From the NCBI GenBank assembly GCA_973895155.1, contig OZ316897.1:15313375-15377374 (forward strand): a DNA stretch of 64,000 nt. Direction: 5' to 3'. Source of the stretch: Marsupella aquatica (lineage: Eukaryota; Plantae; Marchantiophyta). The notes beneath the pieces are model-generated. The model did not search any database. It was given only the letters and a program-made list of their open reading frames with translations, and had not been told where the DNA came from. Positions within the stretch are counted from its first letter, which is position 1; every line of letters begins with the position of its first letter. Both the position numbers and the translations under genes were made by a program. Of this stretch, positions 26,451-39,306 are shown piece after piece.

Positions 26451-28633
26451 GTGCTCCACATAAATCATCAAAATTGAGCTGCCAGTCTACTGTAGAGTGG
26501 CCTCTTATACTCAAGGTAGAGAGCGAGTCTGTTGGTCCCCTCCCACACAAGAGGTGCTGCGAAGCTCCCTGAGCATCGTCGAGACATTCTCACCGCGTGA
26601 GAATTTGTATGTTATTGGAAATGGCCTCTGGAGGCCTACCGCAGCAGCCGGAGAGGGCAGGTCCACAGCCCCTCACGCGGCACTTCGACTGCAGGACAAG
26701 GAATCTCTAAAGGCTGAATGTAAAAAGAATGTTGTCTGCAGGGAGAAGAGAAAGGTCCGCTACGATTGGCTTGCAAAATAGCAGTTGCAGTCCAGAACTC
26801 CACAATATTTTTCTTGACTGTTGGTTGTGGTGGGGATCCGGATTCAATTCAGTGCATTGCATAATCATAGCCATTTACGTACAATCTCACAAGCTTTCTG
26901 TAGCTTCCAGTCAAGTTAAAATTGTAGAACATCTGATGCGGAAAGGATGCAGTGTTCGTAGTCGTAACATCATCACCTGCCACCGGGGAACTCCCTGATT
27001 GTGTGAAACCAGGGAGACTTTACGAGAGAATTGATCACAACAAATTTCGTTTGATATTCCGGATATTCAAAGTAAGCAATGGTCAGGGTTGAACAGACAA
27101 CTGAGATTCAATTCCCAAGAAGAATGAACTGAAAGGAGGACGGAAAATCGTGGCATAGAGTAGAAGAAGGACAACAGTCATCTTCTAAGCAGAGGAGGAC
27201 ACCGGGACCCCTGTAGAATCCTACAATGCCCTCTATACCACCGAGGGGCTCCACTCCACAGAACTGAGGGACTGCGACAAGCGGTGGATGATGATTTAGT
27301 GACCTCTAAAGGTCAGAGTAACAGGCACTCAAAAGGTCACAGCCTCAAGTAGTAATACCTGCCCCGTGAACTCATGACGATGTGGCCAAGTGCTCGCACC
27401 CAGTTGCTCGTCGACAGATATGTCATCAAAGACACGCAGCTCGATCAAGCCTGAAATTTCAACCATTGCTCCAGACGGTGACGCTCGAGTCCACATGATG
27501 GGAAACTTACTGTAAGGAAAACTGAAACCAGCAGAGGGCAAACCTCGAAGGGTCTCAGTATTGCATCCTTGGGATTTCTAGTAATGATTGGAAATCATGA
27601 GTTCTCCGAGTGGGAAGTTACCTGGGGAAGGAGGAGAAGTTACAGAGCCGCAAGAAATGTTGCAAGCTGAGAACTTGGTCCCTGGCCCGGTTCAATGTCC
27701 TCCAGACGCAACTATTCAAGTCTTCTCAAAAGGTTCTTGTCTCACTGTCGTTGGTGGAATTCTAGTCGAACAAATAATAGTACATTCCCCGAGGGACTAT
27801 GTGATAGCTAGGACCGGGTGTGTCTTGTCGGGTTTAATTCGAGGAGAGTGGTTTCTGTAAGCTGTGGTAAAGCTTTATTGTCTAGAATCCAGGCAAGTAC
27901 TTGTCACCGTTCGCAGATTTGCAACCAACCTGCAATTCTGCAAGCGAAAGCCTCATGGAATTTGAGTTTTTTTTGTTTTTGTTTTTGTTTTTGGGATTTG
28001 AGAAGCTTTGCATTCGCAGGAGTGTATTATGCTAATTCAAATGAAGTGTTCTAAATGTCTATCCGTGAACTGATCGCATGATATTAATCTGCTAGCACGG
28101 AGTTTGTGACCTGGTCGATTGCTAAAAGCCGGAAATCAGTTATCCTCGCTAGAAAGTGATTTACAAATCAGAATTTACTCCACTTCAGAAATAGCTACAG
28201 CAATCTTGTTCACCTCAATGGACGTTAGCAACAGTATAAACATTTTCATGAGGTTCGCTAAGTTTGGGCCACAGTTTTGCTCAAGATAATTTATCCGTGC
28301 TCCATACACCCACCCAGTAATCTATATCTGCAAATTAGTTCGATGTGTCGAAGGAACCTTTATTCAATGGATACCTCGTCCAGACAGCTTTGGGTACAAA
28401 ACAAGGATATCGCCTGAGGGAAAAGCCAGAATTCATGAAGCCATCAACGATGGCTTGCAGGATTGGGTACTTAAAATCACTGAACGAGAGATGGCTTGCA
28501 GGGTTGGAATACTTAAAGCAAATTAAAGCAGGAGCTGGTCAGTTGTCGGTATTGGACAACTAGCGATGTCGAGCTGAGTGAGTAGGTCGAGTTTTGTCAA
28601 TTATCTCCCTGACAATTTGTCGATCGGTTGCAG

Positions 28634-31600
28634 GAGGCGAGACGAAGGGAGAGGAAGCAGACCTTGAACTCCCAAGCTCTCCACTAGAGCCTACTTATAC
28701 AGTTGCTGGCAATGACCAAGGCCCAGTTCGTCGATTTTCAATCGACTCCACAGAGCCGGGAAGTGGAATTTACCAAAGATCGGACACTGGTACCAGCAGC
28801 AGCAGCAGCAGCAGGAGCAGCAGTGCCAGTCGAGACGATCCCTTCTTTCAACCTGCAGACCTATTTGAAGACCTCTCGGCGGCCAACAAACCACGGCCTG
28901 CGAAAACCCATGAGCAGGTAGAGTACTCAGGCAAGAGTCTAGCTAGGTCTCATGTGATGAACTTGACAAATGGACCAGCACCGGTGGCTTGAATCGTACG
29001 AATTAATTTGAACTCCGAACAGTGCTTCTCAAAGAATGTAATTGAATTAGATAAAAAAATTCTGAACGCAGCTTGAAAGGCTGGTGCTGATTTTCATTTC
29101 CTAAACTCCTGAAGAGTTGCTCGTAATGGTTGGTATGTACAGCGAGGTAATCTCCCTCTGAAAGTCACGCTTCAACTAGCATTTCAAGCCATCGGAGTCG
29201 TGTTTGGAGATTTGGGGGCCTCCCCATTGTTTGTGTACGACAGCGCATTCGGTGGCGCTGGTGTGTCGATGTCTGAAGATAACGTGCTGGGCGCTCTGTC
29301 GCTTATCATCTACACCATCACCCTCGTTCCACTCATCAAGTATATCATCATCGTCTTGATTGCCAATGACAACGGAAATGGTGAGTTTTCTGAGCCATTC
29401 TGTGAAATTCATCTTCATATATAGTGGTTGATCAATAATGGCCAAATGCCATTGTCAATAGCAATTGAATAGCAGAAACGCAAGATTGAACTGCATCTTC
29501 TAATAAGCGAAGTAAGCGATTAAGTAAACTTGTGAAATAAAGTCTTCGTTAGGGCTCTATCACTAGCTTACAAAACTCTTTATTTGTCATCGCAGGAGAG
29601 ACCTTTGCTCTCTATTCGCTCATCTGTCGTTGTGCAAGGATCAAGGTTGGAACATATCAGATTCCGGAAGATCGTAAGCTTTCATCTTACCACCTGCTTG
29701 ATGACATTTCAAAGAATAGGGATCGCGGGGAACTATCAGATTGGATTAAAGAAAAACTTCAGAAGAGCACGCTTTGCCAGGACATTCTCCTCCTGCTTGC
29801 ACTGTTTGGCACGTGTGCTTTCATCGGAGATGGTGTACTAACACCCGCCATATCAGGTACCATGACAGCGTAAGCTTTGAAAATTTTGATGATGAAAGAA
29901 CCGTTTGAAAATTCAAGAACTGGTTCCATTGTTGAGATCCTACGGAGTGATAGAATTCTTGTCTTGATGTATACGAGAAGCTTACTCAAAGCATAGTTGG
30001 AATGTTATTCTCCGTCTCCTTTCTCTAGTCCTCAGCTCAAATGCACGGAGAGCTTCTGGCTTGGCTGGCTCTATGCATGATACGAAATATTGAAAGTAAA
30101 AGGGTGCAGGTTGGGTTAGGCGAGTGGAAGAAAAGCTCACTTCCTGTCCTGTTCTGTTCTATGTGTAGTCCTCGGGGCAATGTCAGGCCTTACAACGAGG
30201 TTTCCCAGCGCTTCCGAGGGTAAGTTGACTATTTTATGAAGACTGTAGTATCACATTCCCAGGATGAGTTTCTATCTGGTCTTTTTGATGGTGGCCCTGT
30301 CGTCTCACACATTTCAAGGTGGTGATTTTGGCATTGTGCATCACCTGCTCTGCTATTTGGGATCAATAATTGGTATCGAAGGAGGAATTGTTTGCTTTTC
30401 CTTCTTGTTGTTCCTGGACTTGTAGTTCAGCTTGCAAGAGTTAATGGTCCATATTTCCTTGGAATGCGGTCAACATAAATGCAAATTTCAATTGTGAGAC
30501 AAGATTCGAAGCGAGTCTATAACTGGAGGTGATCTTAAAGAGAGACAATGTTTATTGCTCCTTGTCTCCGGACATTGCAGGACACCTTTGCAGCGGACAA
30601 ATCCAGTGTCTTGCTCGGCCTTTATGACAGAAACTGGCAAAGGTGTCCTGCAACATTTGTCCGTGTTAATAGTACTCATTTAACGTCTTGGACTGAATTC
30701 GGAGGACCAACTGTGGATTGGACATTTGAACCTGTGCAGAAACGGTGACATACTGTTCGGCAGGAATATTAGTGATCCTTTTTCTCATCCAACGTTTTGG
30801 GACAGATAGAGTTTCATTCCTGTTTTCACCCGTTATCTTCACCTGGTTTATCTTTATCTTTGCTATTGGAGCGTACAACGTGCAGTTCTATCCAGCTGTG
30901 TTCAAAGCTTTCAACCCCTATTACATCTACCTCTTCTTTGAGCGCAACAAAAAGCGAGGATTTGTTTCTCTCGCAGGCATTGTGCTTGCCATAACAGGTA
31001 GCTCATTTGCAAAGCCCGCTCATTTCTACATGTCTACTCAATATGCAACTCAGGAATTTCCTTGATTAAGCTTTCGTACGAGAAGTGAAATAACTTTCTA
31101 GTTACTTTGGTTGTCACGATGGTTTTCTTGGCGTCAGGTTCGGAGTCAATCGTTACAGATATGGGCCACTTCTCAGTTGCCTCAATACAGGTATACCAGG
31201 TACAAGTAGAGACCCAAATACGTTTGTTTTTGCTTTGCGAGGTAACAGACTGCATCGCAGCTTGCCTTGGGGTCTCTCTTCTGCTAACGTTTGGATGTCG
31301 TTCTGGAGTGACATGCAGATTGCATTTTCAACCCTGGTGTATCCTTCACTGCTTGTGGCATACATTGGTCAGGCAGCATTCCTTATCCATGATCCGAGAG
31401 TCATCGAAGAAACATTTTACAAATCAACTCCTCGTGAGATATCTAAAACTATGCTTCCAGTTCATTCATCTGCTATTGTCCTCCTTCCCGAGGTCAACCT
31501 TGGACTCGCCTGTTTTGTTCGCACGTTTGCCACATGTAGTGCAGTGGCAATGTGCCCCATAGTGGATGAAACCATCCAGTGATGATTTCTGGTTTCTTTT

Positions 31601-33390
31601 AAATTGTACTTGGACAAGTTTTTGCTTGTTTCGCCGATGATATGGTTGACTTCAAAATCTGAGAGGCTGGTTCTTTGTTTGTAGGTTCATTGTTTTGGCC
31701 CATGTTTGTAATGGCAAATGCCACGGCCGTCATAGCCAGCCAAGGCATGATCAGTTCAACGTTCTGCATCATTGAGCGGTGTATGTCGTTAGGTTGCTTC
31801 CCAAGATGTAAAGTTGTTCACACCAGCAAGAAATTCGAGGGGCAGATCTACATTCCTGAAGTCAATTGGATACTCATGCTCCTCACAGTCGCAGTCACAA
31901 TAGGTTTCAAAACCACCGGGAAAATTAAGGGCGCTTATGGTGAGTACCTATCCCGCTGACCTGTTGTACGACTGCTGCTTATATGAAATGAAATTTGGCA
32001 CCAAAAGCATTCCATGTTGTCCACTGTAATTGTTTGGCCTTCGGTGTAATGTGATCTTGGGTGGAAACTCTACACATTTCCAATGGTCGGCTTGTAACCG
32101 TTGAAATCCCAAGCTGGTGTAGTTCTTTCTGTGGCACCTTTAGGCATTGAAAGGTGATTGAATGGTTAAGAAAGTTGAACAGTTGGAAATGCATGTAGTC
32201 AGTTGCGCTGAATTTTCATTGTGCGTGCTACCACTGCTTGCTCTTGAGCTCCAAAGCCTTCAGTCATATACTTCGGTCACTCATTAACGATGTAGAAATC
32301 TAGTCATTCATTGTACAAGTCTTCAGTTATCTTCTTCCTCGCCATGTTCATCTATAACCCTGTTACAATACTGGGTGCTCCAGGACTTGCTGTGGTCTCC
32401 GTGATGTTGGTGACCACTGTCTTTGTGACCCTGATCATGATCATGATTTGGCGTCGGAGCCTGTGGATTGCCGGAGCCTTCTTGACCGTGTTTATGGTAG
32501 TTGAGACGGTCTACTACAGTTCGGTCCTGTACAAGATTCCAGAGGGAGGCTGGGTGCCGGTGACCTTTGTGGGTGTGGTGTATAGTATGATGTATATATG
32601 GCACTATGGTAGAAAGCACAGATATTTGTATGAGATCCAGCACAACATGTCCATGGATTGCGTTTTGGATCTAGGATCCAGCCTTCAAGCTACTCGCGTC
32701 CAGGGAGTTGCATTTCTCTACTCTGAGCTGGCTGATGGTATTCCCACCATTTTCGCCCACCTCACCACCAATCTGAAGGCTATGCACTCCATTCTGGTGT
32801 TCGTGTGCGTGAAGCACTTGCCAATTGCGCATGTACGAGAGGAGGAACGTCTTCTGGTTCGTCGTTTGTGTGCCAAACAATACCACATGTACAGCATCGG
32901 AGTCAGGTATGGCTATGCCGATCAGAAAGGTACTGATGTAGATTTCGAAAGGCGGCTCATTGATAGCCTCGCCAGCTACATTGCAGAAGAGAACAGCCAG
33001 CCGGACCGGCAACTGGCCTCACGAATTGATAGCACCGAAGACGCAACTCTTCAAGAGTCGGATAGTGACATGAATGAGGGTCTTCGTAGGCAGGTCAGCT
33101 CTAATTCATCGAATTCAGAATTTGCGGTTGTCTTCCCTGTTGTTCCCCACGAGACTGCTGGTGAAGAGGCGACTGCTGATTTAGCAATGCTAGAACAGAG
33201 CAGGAAAACTGGCGTAGTGTACTTTGTAGGCCGAGTCGAAGTCAAAGCAGCAGAAGGGTCATCGACATTCAGAAGATACGTGATAGATAAAGCCTACAAT
33301 TTCTTAAGGAAAAATTGCCGAGCACTTTCAGTGGGCTTGAATGTCCCACCCTCGAGGATTGTACAAATTGGCATGTTGCACCGCATTTGA
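28634..33390 (+). CDS. HAK: KUP/HAK/KT family potassium transporter (start codon unresolved, probably upstream near 28.4-28.6 kb)
   Basis: Approximate exons: 28634-28917, 29143-29380, 29596-29856, ~30169-30219, ~30741-30997, ~31138-31190, ~31319-31434, ~31685-31939, ~32384-33390. Motifs: LAFQAIGVVFGDLG.SPL, TFALYSLICR, GDGVLTPAIS, QRFGTDRVSFLFSP, G.E...DMGHFS, LGCFPRCKVVHTS..FEGQIYIPEVNW, GGWVP, WHYG, RYGY, YNFLRKNCR. Confidence 0.92.
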
Positions 33391-34036
33391 GTGCAGTGCA
33401 CTTATATGGAAATGATTACTGGACTGATTCTCAATTTCTAACCTGGATGATCATCACACAGCTGGGTAGGTAACTGCAACACATCTGGAGATGAGAGACA
33501 GAGATAGATGTTTCCAAGCTCTGATGATCGAGTGTTCCTCGCGGAAGTTGTGAAGTTATACCGGATGCATAAACAAAATCCGACATATTGAATATTCATT
33601 CGGGGATAGAATATTTTTCCACTCTCTTCACCAATCAATTTAGGGCCGTCGTGCATAACGATTCTCTAATCAAAGCAAAGTTCATTCGAGGGGGGGGCGT
33701 TTGTTTGGGAAGATCCTGTTTGGAGGTTCACTTTAAAGTGGCATGATGGGAAGGGGAGAACTCCTTCGTTTCAAAGTTCCATTATGGGCAGGGGAGAACT
33801 CCATTGCTCGTTTAATTGACAAAAGAGGAGTATAAGAGTTTAAAAATCTTCGTGACGGCATACCTGAACCTAAAGTTCCAATAGTAACCTAAATTGTGCA
33901 ATATGACCACAGAAACGGTCATCTACCTATTTGGAGCTCTTTCACTATATCTATAACCGTGATCCTGGATTTTATACACTGAAATTGGTAAGTGAAGGGG
34001 TTGGTCTTGGACTATTTACAAAGCAGAATGAACTTT

Positions 34037-35662
34037 TCACCCACTGAAATAATTTCTGTGAAATGGGGGCGGAAGTGTAATTCCAACATCGAGAGCACTT
34101 TTGAGAAGGTCCACGGCAGTGACATTAGTAGCAGGCCTCTCACCTGATCGGAGTCTTGTAACCTCCAGCACAGTACTTGCTGAGACCATGTCTCGCTCCG
34201 TTCTCAACTTTTCCGTGAGTAGATTGAAGCTTTTACTACGAGCTCTCTTGCCTCCACTCTGATTTCTCAAATTGTCCAATTTCTCTTGAACAGCTCTTGG
34301 AGGTCTTGGTGGACTTGACAGACTACACTGCCCACCACCGTCAGTAGCACAAGAAGCAATAGCAGCAGCTCCAGCCTTGTCCACTGAGTTAGGGGCAGCC
34401 ATCGCACCTTTGGAGGGCGTTGACCGAAGAGTCTCCCTGGACTTCTCTTGCCAACTCAAAAACTCTTTTCCACCTTGACAATGGTCTGCAGCAAGTGGCG
34501 TTCCCATTTCATCAGTCGAGACTTTCGATAGCGCAACCACTCTTTCTACACAAACTTCTCCCTCCGCAACCCTTTCCACAGTGTCCAGCTGATGCGGACC
34601 CGGAGATCTCCTATTTTCAGATTTATCTCCTGATTTCACCCCCTTTCCCGAATTATCATCTTCCACCACGTCCATCTTGTCTACAGCAAGCATGCTGACC
34701 TGGACTGAGTTGGCAATCTGATCCAGCACATTATTAGCACTCAGCACACTAGTCGCTAATTCCAACACACTTTCACTACGGTGCTCACCAGACAATGCTG
34801 GTTGAAAATATGTTTGGGAATCTTTTGCTTTTCTCCTGAGACTCGTGAAAGCAGAAGCCCTTCCAGACCCAATATTTCTTCCTACAATGGGAGGAGGCTC
34901 CAAAGCTGTGCTGCCCCCAGGTAAAGACGATTCCTGACGAGACAGAAGACCGATTCCGATAGAGCTCACATTCTGGTGAGCCTCACAGTCAGCAGTTGTC
35001 TTTGACCCTCCTCCTCCACCACCACCAACATTGGCTGAGCCTTCTCTTCTTCCAGATCTCTCCTCTGCTCCTAGGGTTTCTTGGTCCACCTCCATTTCTG
35101 CTCTTACTCCAATTGCGACACCATCAGCCTCATGAGGAATAGCACTGGGTCTGTTAGTCACTTCCAACACGCACACAAGCTTGAGGTTGGAGTTGAATGG
35201 TAATTTTCTAACCTCCTCCACCGCTGCAGCATTCACTCTGGTGGAGGTGGTAGGGGACTTGGGATCATCTTTACAGCAATGTGCAGCAGCAGGGAGACTC
35301 CAGGATACTGTTCTAGGTGGGGATTGGGACCTATCACTCTCAAAGGCCTTGTTGTAGCTGTCTTCTTCTTCTTCCCCTTCGTCCAATGCAACGTTCCGAG
35401 TGGTCCTCGGGCTTGGGATGCACATATCTGTGGGGGAAACCAACTCCACAGCCTCCTGAGAGGGTCCAGAGCACAAAGAGGGCCCACTGACATCGAACAC
35501 TCGTTCTAGAGAGCTTGGGCTGGAGTTTTCGGCGTACCTGTGCTGGCTGGGCGTCTCCTCGAAGATTCCGGCTCCCTGGCTTATGCCATCCCATCCGGCA
35601 ATTTCCTCCAGTACATCTTCTTGAGAGGAGGAAATGAGCACTCTCTTCCCGAATCTAGGCAT
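34037..35662 (-). CDS. Uncharacterised 541-aa, largely disordered Ser/Glu-rich protein with an N-terminal SQ cluster
   Basis: A 1626-nt uninterrupted ORF with coding-like composition and a CpG-rich leader/promoter at 35.7-36.6 kb. Short ordered-looking termini (RVLISSSQEDVLEEI; VDLLKSALDVGITLPPP). Confidence 0.75.
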   Translation of the reverse strand: MPRFGKRVLISSSQEDVLEEIAGWDGISQGAGIFEETPSQHRYAENSSPSSLERVFDVSGPSLCSGPSQEAVELVSPTDMCIPSPRTTRNVALDEGEEEEDSYNKAFESDRSQSPPRTVSWSLPAAAHCCKDDPKSPTTSTRVNAAAVEEVRKLPFNSNLKLVCVLEVTNRPSAIPHEADGVAIGVRAEMEVDQETLGAEERSGRREGSANVGGGGGGGSKTTADCEAHQNVSSIGIGLLSRQESSLPGGSTALEPPPIVGRNIGSGRASAFTSLRRKAKDSQTYFQPALSGEHRSESVLELATSVLSANNVLDQIANSVQVSMLAVDKMDVVEDDNSGKGVKSGDKSENRRSPGPHQLDTVERVAEGEVCVERVVALSKVSTDEMGTPLAADHCQGGKEFLSWQEKSRETLRSTPSKGAMAAPNSVDKAGAAAIASCATDGGGQCSLSSPPRPPRAVQEKLDNLRNQSGGKRARSKSFNLLTEKLRTERDMVSASTVLEVTRLRSGERPATNVTAVDLLKSALDVGITLPPPFHRNYFSG

Positions 35663-36546
35663 GCTTTCAATTCGAGCGCTAACGGGAAAAGATCGCTGAA
35701 GGGCAGTGTCCTTCAGTCCATCGCGGCGGTAGAATTCCGCACCGGCCAGACAATGGTCACAATACCCCGTCCAAATTGCACGAAGTGCTTCGGCAGCTGT
35801 CGAGACATTCAGGACTCCTTAAGATAATGCAACTTGACACAACATCGGCAATGGAGTGAAATTAACGGCCGCACTGAATTCTCCTCTCACAGGGCTCTCA
35901 AGAGCTATCAATTGCCCTAACACGAATTCAGTGGCCGACCCACGAATTCAGTGGCCGACCTCAAAGTTATCAGACAGTCAAAGTAAAGCGTTGCCGTCTG
36001 CAATCATGGCCTCCAGCTTCTTCTTCTTCTTCGAGAAAATTCAGAAACCCTGACATTGTCCACAGAGGAACTGCCCGAAGGGAAAGGGCCTTCCAGGGTC
36101 TACTCCCCGCCATTTCTATCGGAGCACACAGAGAAGATGTTCATAGACCTCGACTCCTACTGCAGAGCAATCCACAATGTCGAAATCCACCTCATTCACA
36201 CTTCCGCATCCTCCACTTGAAAGAAGATCAACCACGTCCACAACAGAGGCTCATCAACAATCCGAGCTTACGAAACTCGTTCACAACGAATCGAATCCAA
36301 TCGATCTGCACCACGAATCAAAAAACTGAGCTGACGGCTTCCGACTCTGACGAAACTCGGGCCACATCAAGTCGATCTGCATCACGAATCGCAAGGTTTA
36401 CTGAACGCATCACACGAGCAGAACGAGCAGAACGAGCAGATTCAATTGCAAAAGCTCCGTTCGTCCGCAGCAGAGCTGGACTTTGCCACGGACACTTCTG
36501 TCGACGATTGTGGGGAGTCTCATGACTGAGCTGATGAGGGGGCCTA

Positions 36547-36590
36547 ATTCGCGCGGGAAGCGTAAATGCACGAGAAGATCGTCCCGCCAA
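36547..36590. promoter_or_regulatory. E2F-like binding sites upstream of the 541-aa gene
   Basis: ATTCGCGC (36547-36554, matches WTTSSCSS) overlaps GCGGGAA, and TCCCGCCAA is at 36582-36590. Confidence 0.5.
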
Positions 36591-36638
36591 GTGGAACCTG
36601 GATGACAGAATGTAATGTACTGTAACTTACCATAATAC

Positions 36639-36795
36639 CATTGTTCTCTTGTTTTCTGTTTGTTTGAATACTAGCCCCATTAGCCGGTCCTATTGTTCTC
36701 TTCTTTTATGTTTGTTTGAATACTAGCCACATTACCTGGTCCTATTGTACTATTCTTTTCTGTTTGTTTGAATACTAGCCCCGTTACCTTGTCCT
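36639..36795. repeat. ~52-bp tandem repeat x3
   Basis: attgt.ct.tt.tttt.tgtttgtttgaatactagcc.c.tta...gtcc occurs three times. Confidence 0.9.
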
Positions 36796-37174
36796 TGAAT
36801 GCAAATAGATATGAAGAAAAATAATCTTGCTTAATAAAATTGATATGTTATTTACGGACCCCCATTGGAGGTTTCTTGCAAATTCTCTGGCACCGGAGCG
36901 CACCATGTCAGCGTGGACGTAGACAAACAAGACAAGACTAGTTTGCAATGAAAAATAACTGCCCCAGTCGTGTTTGCAGCAAAATTTGTGTAACTTTTTT
37001 CAGTTAATCTTTGTCCCATTCTTGTTTTTTGTCCACCTTCATTTCAGTTTTGTCATAATTTAAAATGAATATTTTTATTGAGCCTCGTGATCACTTTTGT
37101 CTGTATTAAGGGTTACAGTCTAGAGGGCTTAGTTCACTCTAGACCCTAGGCCCTTAAGAGTAGACTTTGTTCAT

Positions 37175-38290
37175 ACTTTTATAGTAAGATATAATAGTGC
37201 AAAATTAAAGGACAAAAATGCCCAACCAGGAGACAGGGTCCCAAATGCATAGCAACCCAAGTAGGGGGAAACCCCCAAAAAAGACCTAAGAGGCCTAACC
37301 AGCCAAGGGGTCCCCCACAACCACAAGGGAACAACCAACTAAAGAAACCACAACAAGGTCGCCTAAAGACTAACACCCTAGTGGGTAGAGAACTGAAAAG
37401 CCTGGTAGTGCTCCAGAGTAAACCGAGCATAGGAGGGTCATGGAAGTGAAATCTGTGTAGAGGCTCTAAAACCAACTGCATCGGCTTGACAAAGTATAGT
37501 CAATGCCTCAGCCCTCTGAAGTGCCACTAACACCCTTCGTTCAGCCGATGAACTGATCAAAGGTAGGGTGAAATGCACCAAAAACCTCAAGAGCAAAAGG
37601 GTAGTCAAACCAAATCCCAAGGGTAACGAACAACATAAGCCTCCCCCCAACTTGAGCAAGCCAGGCACATGGGCGGCTACCGCGATGTGACTCAATGGGA
37701 TCAGGAACAACCATATCACCAAAAGAACAAACTCCAGCCCAAGAAAAGATGAGATTGGCTCGCCGTCAGTCAAGCACGCCATCACAAGGGGGAACAACAT
37801 GTCGTTGCTCCATAGCAACATGGTATCCTGAGTCTCGGGCAATGGCCGCCACAACATCACAAATGTCAACATGAGTCATAGTCTGTTTGTTCCCATGGCC
37901 ACACCTAAGAATATGGACTCCCCTAGGGTCCAGAGACGCCCTAGAGACACAACTGAAGTAGGTTGATCACGAAGGCAAGGATTGTGTAGTCCAAGGAGAA
38001 GGCGCATAGATGTGGTAAAAAGGAAGAAGCTCAGACATACGAATGGAGGCCCACAAAGGACTGGTAGAAAGCCTAGCTCCAAAACCAGAACCCGCACAAG
38101 ATAAGAGGCAAGCACAGACTGTGTCAGAAGGTGCATGGGAGAACCTATATGCTGGAAAGGGTGTGACTGTGAATGCAACCAAAAATCACCTACTGAACAC
38201 AATTCAAACTATGATGGGCTTACCAAATCAGAGGTCCGGAAGTTGGGCTTGCAACACAATTATGACTAGGAGTACAGGAAGAACATGACT
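37175..38290 (-). mobile_element. 5'-truncated LINE consisting mostly of 3' UTR (~1.1 kb)
   Basis: The terminal 270 bp is homologous to the TSD-flanked 18597-18873 element, and the strand composition bias is the same as the LINE 3' UTR at 3637-5197. The far boundary is approximate. Confidence 0.6.
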
Positions 38291-38559
38291 AATAATAACA
38301 AAGCTCATATTTGCCACAATTTATTTGTTGAAATGAATGATGGGTAGACAAAACTAAGATGTTTGCAAAGCTTGTTGTCCTGAAAGGTTACTATATACTT
38401 AAGCCACTCTCTAAGTACATTCTCAAAAATTAATTTTACTATCTTACTAGTACATTGCAATGAGAAGCTAGAGTTGGGGTCTAGGCTAGCTTTGAGAGTG
38501 CACCTCGAAACCCTGGCTCTAGAGACCCACCAAATTTTGTGAACAGAAAGAAAGAAAGA

Positions 38560-38905
38560 ATGATGGGATGTTATATATGTCTTGATAGAGGGTGTTGGTT
38601 GCTCTCTAGCGGGCCTGGGCATTTTTCTTTTAGGGGTGAGGCAGTTGGGTTTAGGGCTTATATGACATTCCTTTGCTCGACCCACGTATGCAGTCTACCC
38701 CGGAGCTCTACCAGGCCCTTCAATTTGCCGTTGGGTAGGGTCTTTGCTTCTTAGTTTTAGAGTAGTGTTCGTTGCATCTCTTTTTTGTTGCTTTTGGGCC
38801 CTTTTGGCTTGTTGGTTGCACCTTGATTGGGTTTTGCGCCGTTGGGAACATGTCTCCTGGTTGGGCACTTTTTGTCTTTTGGCAGTTGGAATATGTAACA
38901 AAAAG
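38560..38905 (+). mobile_element. LINE-tail/SINE-like insertion, opposite orientation to the 37175 copy
   Basis: tgtctcctggttgggcactttttgtc is the reverse complement of gacaaaaatgcccaaccaggagaca (~37211), and ctctaccagg..ttca matches tgaaaagcctggtag. Confidence 0.65.
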
Positions 38906-38959
38906 ATATCATGGATTGCTATCCCGATTGCTATCCCGATTGCTATTGTCACCATTTCT

Positions 38960-39306
38960 TGTTGAGCATAGACGACATTCGCAACGGCAAGCCCATAAAC
39001 CATCCAACGCACAAGAGTCGACACAGAGAGATACATGGTTCACCTCCATATGAGGCTACGTCCACGGGAACACACAAGTCAGAGCTTTACTGCACTCTGG
39101 GCCGAACGGCCATACCAAGCATCCACAGCACAAGCTCTCCTATCTCTCAACTAGCTCCGTAACAATGAGCCTAAGTTCCACCAGGGTCTGGCATCATCCC
39201 TGGCTTAATACACAACAGCACTACCGCTAACATTAGCTAAGTCCTAACCCGAGTTAGCCTAACTGTAGTTAGCTCATGAGTCACAAGACTAGAGCAATAT
39301 CTAACA
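38960..39306 (-). mobile_element. Solo LTR (347 bp) with a perfect 5-bp TSD TTTCT
   Basis: TG...CA termini, TTTCT at 38955-38959 and 39307-39311, and near-identity to the reverse complement of the LTR at 61967-62310. No PBS is adjacent. Confidence 0.95.

Noticed and set aside
35695-35717. IRE-like hairpin ctgaaggg-CAGTG-tccttcag and miR319-like TGGACTGAAGG near the 541-aa ORF start
   Set aside because: The CAGUG loop is antisense to the gene and lacks the bulged C, and plants have no established IRE/IRP system. The miR319 similarity is only 11 nt with no precursor-length hairpin.
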